Positions 59,914 through 64,000 of a DNA stretch of 64,000 bases are shown here, piece after piece. This DNA is from Actibacterium mucosum KCTC 23349. Its GTDB lineage: Bacteria > Pseudomonadota > Alphaproteobacteria > Rhodobacterales > Rhodobacteraceae. The stretch covers positions 132,206 to 196,205 of the forward strand of contig NZ_JFKE01000003.1 in the NCBI RefSeq assembly GCF_000647975.1. Direction: 5' to 3'. Position numbers and translations under genes: made by a program. How positions within the stretch are numbered: the first letter of the stretch is position 1; every line of letters starts with the position of its first letter. The notes under the pieces are model-generated. The model was not told the DNA's origin and made no database searches. It was given only the letters and a program-made list of their open reading frames with translations.

Positions 59914-61203
59914 ATGCCCCTGTCCTTTTTCCGCCCCGCGCATGCGGCCGCCTTGTCCGGAATTGCCGCGCTGGCGGCCTGTGATCCAGCGCTCATCGCG
60001 TCCATCAACGCCGGGATGACCAACCCGGTTGTGGTGGCCGAAGACGTTCTGGCTGAACCCGAATTGGCCATAATTGAACCGGAACCCCCGACAGGCCGCG
60101 TCCCGGCCCCGCGCGCGGGTGTAATCACCGCCGGTGATATCGACGACACGCTGAACCTGGGCGCATTTGGCCGGTTTGCCAGTCGCGCCCGCCGGGAATT
60201 GAACCTGCCACTGGCCGATCTGCGCCGCCCGATCCTGTTGCAACTGACAGGCCCCGATGGTCGCCCGGCCCCGGGTGCGCGTGTCACGTTGCGCAAACCC
60301 GGTGCTGCCGATCCCTTCTATTCCGGCTATGCCGCGCCGGGCGGTTACGTCACGGTCTTTCCGTCGCTTTTTGGCCAGACCAACTTGTCGAAAGTCGAAG
60401 TCCGCACCTTCGACGACGCACAGCAGGGCGCGGTACAGTCCCATATCGTGACGCTGAACGGATCACGCGAGCGATTGAGCATTCCGCATGCGCAGGGCTG
60501 GACGCCAGAGTTCCTCGACCTGCTGTTTGTGGTCGACACCACCGGCTCTATGGGGGACGAATTGGCCTGGCTGACCAAGGATCTCAGACGCATCGTGCGT
60601 ACCGCGCAAAAGGCGGCGCCCAAGGCCGATATTCGCTATGGACTTGTGGTGTATCGTGACCGGCAGGACGCATATACCGTCCGCAATTTCGGCTTTACCA
60701 AAAGCCAAAGGCAAATGGTGGGCTGGCTGCGCGCACAAACGGCCAGCGGGGGCGGAGACTATCCCGAGGCCGCAGCAGCCGGTTTGCAAGCGGGTGTCGA
60801 TCTGAACTGGCGCCGTGGCAAGGGGGAACGCCTGCTGTTCCACATTGCCGACGCGCCGCCGCATGACCACGAGGCGCGCGCCTATCTGCATGCAGCACAG
60901 GCAGCGGCGAAGAAGGGTGTGCAGGTGTTTGGTCTGGGAGCCAGTGGCGTGGGAATTGAGGCCGAGTTCCTGATGCGTCAGGCCGCGGTGCAGACTGGCG
61001 GGCGCTACCTGTTCCTGACCGACGACAGCGGTGTGGGATACGGCCATGCCGAGCCTTCGATCAGCTGCTATAGGGTCACGGACCTCAGCGGGTTGGTCAC
61101 GCGTGTCCTGCGATCCGAGCTTGACGGCATTCGCCACGAGGCCCCTGCATCGGACATCATTCGCAGCGTCGGAAGCTACCGGGGCGGCGTATGCAGCGAT
61201 TGA
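59914..61203 (+). CDS. von Willebrand factor type A (VWA) domain lipoprotein
   Basis: A lipoprotein signal (AALAAC) and a GGAG RBS are present. The MIDAS motif is DTTGSM, with downstream Thr and Asp positions. Confidence 0.65.
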   Translation: MPLSFFRPAHAAALSGIAALAACDPALIASINAGMTNPVVVAEDVLAEPELAIIEPEPPTGRVPAPRAGVITAGDIDDTLNLGAFGRFASRARRELNLPLADLRRPILLQLTGPDGRPAPGARVTLRKPGAADPFYSGYAAPGGYVTVFPSLFGQTNLSKVEVRTFDDAQQGAVQSHIVTLNGSRERLSIPHAQGWTPEFLDLLFVVDTTGSMGDELAWLTKDLRRIVRTAQKAAPKADIRYGLVVYRDRQDAYTVRNFGFTKSQRQMVGWLRAQTASGGGDYPEAAAAGLQAGVDLNWRRGKGERLLFHIADAPPHDHEARAYLHAAQAAAKKGVQVFGLGASGVGIEAEFLMRQAAVQTGGRYLFLTDDSGVGYGHAEPSISCYRVTDLSGLVTRVLRSELDGIRHEAPASDIIRSVGSYRGGVCSD

Positions 61204-61225
61204 TGGGGCGTTGGCGGTTGTGGGG

Positions 61226-61645
61226 TCAGGCCTTGCTGCGCAGTCGGATCACCACATCAACCTTGGCGATCTCCATCCCCTCTGGCGCGTCGGGCAACGC
61301 GGTGATCTTCACAGCATCAGACGGCGCGTCAGAAATACGGCCCTCGTCTTCCCAGAAGAAATGCGGGTGATCATGGGTATTGGTGTCGAAATAGCTTTTG
61401 GCACCATCGACCATCACCTCTTGCATAAGACCAACGGCGCAAAAGGCTTTGAGCGTATTATAGACCGTGGCCAGCGACACCTTCTCGTCCATCTCGCTGG
61501 CCGAGGCAAACAGGCTTTCGGCGGTGACATGCCGATGCCGACCATCGCCCACCAACAACGCCGCCAAAGCCACGCGTTGGCGCGTGGGGCGCAAGCCGGC
61601 CTGCGCCAGCCATTGCGTTCCGGTTTCAAGCTGCGAAGGTGTCAT
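61226..61645 (-). CDS. irr: Fur-family regulator, Irr-like
   Basis: 139 aa with a Fur-type winged helix and a His-rich HDHPH motif. It is divergent from fabA, the conserved alphaproteobacterial arrangement. Confidence 0.65.
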   Translation of the reverse strand: MTPSQLETGTQWLAQAGLRPTRQRVALAALLVGDGRHRHVTAESLFASASEMDEKVSLATVYNTLKAFCAVGLMQEVMVDGAKSYFDTNTHDHPHFFWEDEGRISDAPSDAVKITALPDAPEGMEIAKVDVVIRLRSKA

Positions 61646-61813
61646 CCAGTTAAGCCTACCTTATGGTGCAACCCATATATAAAACCGGCAACGGGTCGAT
61701 TTCAAATCAAAAACCTGCGCGCCCCAGTGTCGCACCGCCCCTTGCAACGCTGCAAAGCCCGGTGATACATGTCGTCAAACCTAGTCCAGACCCTATATAA
61801 GAGGCGCCGCTAC

Positions 61814-62323
61814 ATGACCCAGTACCCCACAAGCTTTGACAAAGAGGCGCTGCTGAAATGCGCCCGCGGGGAACTGTTTGGTCCGGGGAATGCACAGCTG
61901 CCGGCGCCGCCGATGCTTATGATGGACCGGATCACCGACATTTCGGGCGACGGCGGGGAACATGGCAAGGGCCACGTGGTGGCCGAGTTCGATATCGTGC
62001 CCGACCTGTGGTTCTTTGACTGCCACTTTCCCGGCAACCCGATCATGCCCGGATGTCTTGGCCTGGACGGGCTGTGGCAATTGACCGGGTTCAACCTGGG
62101 CTGGCGCGGCTGGAAGGGGCGCGGTTATGCGCTGGGTGTGGGCGAGGTTAAGTTGACCGGAATGGTCCGCCCCGATCGCAAGATGCTGACCTATTACGTG
62201 AATTTCACCAAAGCGGTGCAAACACGTCGCCTGACCATGGGCGTGGCCGACGGCCGGGTTGAGGCCGATGGCGAGGTGATCTATCAGGTGAAGGACATGA
62301 AGGTCGCTCTGTCGGAGAGCTGA
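61814..62323 (+). CDS. fabA: 3-hydroxydecanoyl-ACP dehydratase/isomerase
   Basis: The start is [11 protein letters not shown]. The FabA active-site region [24 protein letters not shown] is present. 169 aa. Confidence 0.9.
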   Translation: MTQYPTSFDKEALLKCARGELFGPGNAQLPAPPMLMMDRITDISGDGGEHGKGHVVAEFDIVPDLWFFDCHFPGNPIMPGCLGLDGLWQLTGFNLGWRGWKGRGYALGVGEVKLTGMVRPDRKMLTYYVNFTKAVQTRRLTMGVADGRVEADGEVIYQVKDMKVALSES

Positions 62324-62587
62324 CCTCCGCGGCAAACGGCAGCCGCGGGCACGATTGCAACGTGGTGACACCGTCAGACGCCGCGAAACTTCCGGAATTT
62401 CAGATCATTCGCCCACTTGGGCTAAACACCCCGCTTCAAGCATGGGATCGGGCGCTTCTGCATGCAATGGCGAAACCCTCAATATCAATCCAGAGTTGCT
62501 GCGGGTGTCAAAAATGCCTACGAATGGCTGATTGGCATTTTTTATTTGCGAACCGCCAGTTTTAATGATCACCGGGAGGGCCTAGAA

Positions 62588-62935
62588 ATGGTCAAACATC
62601 TAAAAACACTGTTCTTTTCCACTATTTTTTGCGCAGCAGGTCTTGATGTTGAGGCGCACGAAACCTTTGATCCGAAAGAGCATGCGGATATCCCCAGCAT
62701 TTGCGTGACGCATACCAATTCGGACTTTTTTGGAGTGCTATGTCACGTGCTTGCCCACCAACACGAGCCAAAACGCACGCCTTTCAAGGCTACCTATCGT
62801 GAAGTCCGCACCGTGGGATCGAACGCCGAATTCTGTATTGAATTGCTGAAATACAAAACGTTTTTGGTCATCCCTGACCCCAATGGCGGCACGGGGATTG
62901 ACGACGTGGACGAGATTACCATTTGCCACGATTGA
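62588..62935 (+). CDS. small secreted His/Cys-rich hypothetical protein in a lower-GC insert between fabA and fabB
   Basis: A GGGAGGG RBS and a signal peptide (MVKHLKTLFFSTIFCAAGL) are present. Local GC is about 45%, against about 63% in the flanks. Confidence 0.4.
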   Translation: MVKHLKTLFFSTIFCAAGLDVEAHETFDPKEHADIPSICVTHTNSDFFGVLCHVLAHQHEPKRTPFKATYREVRTVGSNAEFCIELLKYKTFLVIPDPNGGTGIDDVDEITICHD

Positions 62936-63064
62936 GCAGCCATCCGTAAGTCAGCGCTCCAACGAAACAATGCCTTTCGCGCGCGTTTGCCCTTTGACCA
63001 AGTGCGCTTGCACCCCTTTATTCCATCGCCTAGTAAGGGCTTAGAAAACGAAGGGAGTGCAGGC

Positions 63065-64000
63065 ATGCGCCGTGTTGTGATTACCGGGATCGGCATCGTG
63101 TCGCCCATTGGCAATAACGTGGCCGAGGTCGAGGCCAGCCTGCGCGACGGGCGCTCGGGCATTGTGACCGAACCGGTTTATGCCGAGAACGGGTTCCGCA
63201 GCCAGGTGGCGGGTATTCCGCAGATCGACCTGGCGGCCGAGATCGACAAGCGGCAGCTGCGGTTCATGGGCCCCGGCGCGGCGTATAATTATATCGCGAT
63301 GGAACAGGCCATTGCCGATAGCGGCTTGGAAGAGAACGAGGTTTCGAACGAGATGTCGGGCCTGATCATGGGATCGGGCGGGCCGTCGACCTCGAATTTC
63401 TTTACCGCCTTTGACACGGTGAAAAAGAAAGGCGCGCCCAAGCGCATGGGCCCCTATATGGTGACGCGCTGCATGTCGTCGACCAACTCGGCCTGCCTGG
63501 CAACGCCGTTCAAGATCAAGGGCGTGAACTATTCGATCACCTCGGCCTGTTCGACCAGTGCGCATTGCATCGGCAACGGGGTTGAGCAGATCCAGATGGG
63601 CAAACAGGACATTGTCTTTGCCGGTGGCGGGGAAGAGGTCGACTGGACCCTGTCGTGCCTGTTTGATGCGATGAACGCGATGTCCAGCAAGTATAATGAC
63701 ACGCCGGAACTGGCCTCGCGCGCCTTTGACGCGGCCCGCGACGGGTTCGTGATTGCCGGTGGCGGCGGGGTTGTGGTTCTGGAGGAACTGGAACGCGCCA
63801 AGGCCCGCGGTGCCAAGATTTACGCCGAGGTGACCGGGTACGGCGCCACGTCGGACGGCCACGACATGGTGGCCCCGTCGGGCGAGGGTGGCGAGCGGTC
63901 GATGCGTCTGGCCATCAAGGATCTGGGCGACCGCAAGGTGGATTACATCAACGCCCACGGCACCTCGACGCCCGCGGGCGACGTGACCGAGGTTGAGGCC
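63065..64000 (+). CDS. fabB: 3-oxoacyl-ACP synthase I (N-terminal ~312 aa; runs off the window)
   Basis: The sequence [18 protein letters not shown]... includes the active-site Cys ([11 protein letters not shown]). No stop is reached before the window end. Confidence 0.9.
   Translation, partial: MRRVVITGIGIVSPIGNNVAEVEASLRDGRSGIVTEPVYAENGFRSQVAGIPQIDLAAEIDKRQLRFMGPGAAYNYIAMEQAIADSGLEENEVSNEMSGLIMGSGGPSTSNFFTAFDTVKKKGAPKRMGPYMVTRCMSSTNSACLATPFKIKGVNYSITSACSTSAHCIGNGVEQIQMGKQDIVFAGGGEEVDWTLSCLFDAMNAMSSKYNDTPELASRAFDAARDGFVIAGGGGVVVLEELERAKARGAKIYAEVTGYGATSDGHDMVAPSGEGGERSMRLAIKDLGDRKVDYINAHGTSTPAGDVTEVEA

Overview
This is a high-GC (~62-65%) alphaproteobacterial chromosome segment whose gene order resembles Rhodobacteraceae. 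Most of it is core housekeeping: the end of an inositol (iol) cluster, dacC-tmk-holB-tatD, rplY-pth, aroA-cmk-rpsA-ihfB-lapA-trpF-trpB, trmB, metK, lnt-corC-ybeY-phoH-miaB, cueR-copA, irr-fabA-fabB, and a tRNA-Ser. Several accessory modules are embedded in this core. (1) An mtnK-mtnA-sorC operon ends in a fused class II aldolase/SDR gene and lies divergent from a CUT2-type sugar ABC importer, with a perfect palindrome in the shared promoter region. I read this as a candidate 5-methylthioribose / 5-deoxyribose 'DHAP-shunt' salvage module. (2) A cynABD-DUF1348-cynS cyanate operon sits next to a PAS-containing enhancer-binding-protein homologue whose GAFTGA sigma54-contact motif is degenerate (GGPNAA). 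(3) Two abutting, atypical tRNA-like elements lie next to a ~380 bp GC-rich non-coding stretch; one carries a class-I anticodon CAG, the other is an Arg(ACG)-like element with no matching 5' acceptor strand. (4) A membrane-anchored LuxR-type regulator is followed by two PepSY-like secreted proteins with poly-Asp/Glu tails encoded by trinucleotide repeats. (5) Lower-GC small genes are inserted inside the otherwise conserved phoH/ybeY and fabA/fabB operons. No CRISPR array, integrase or transposase was seen.
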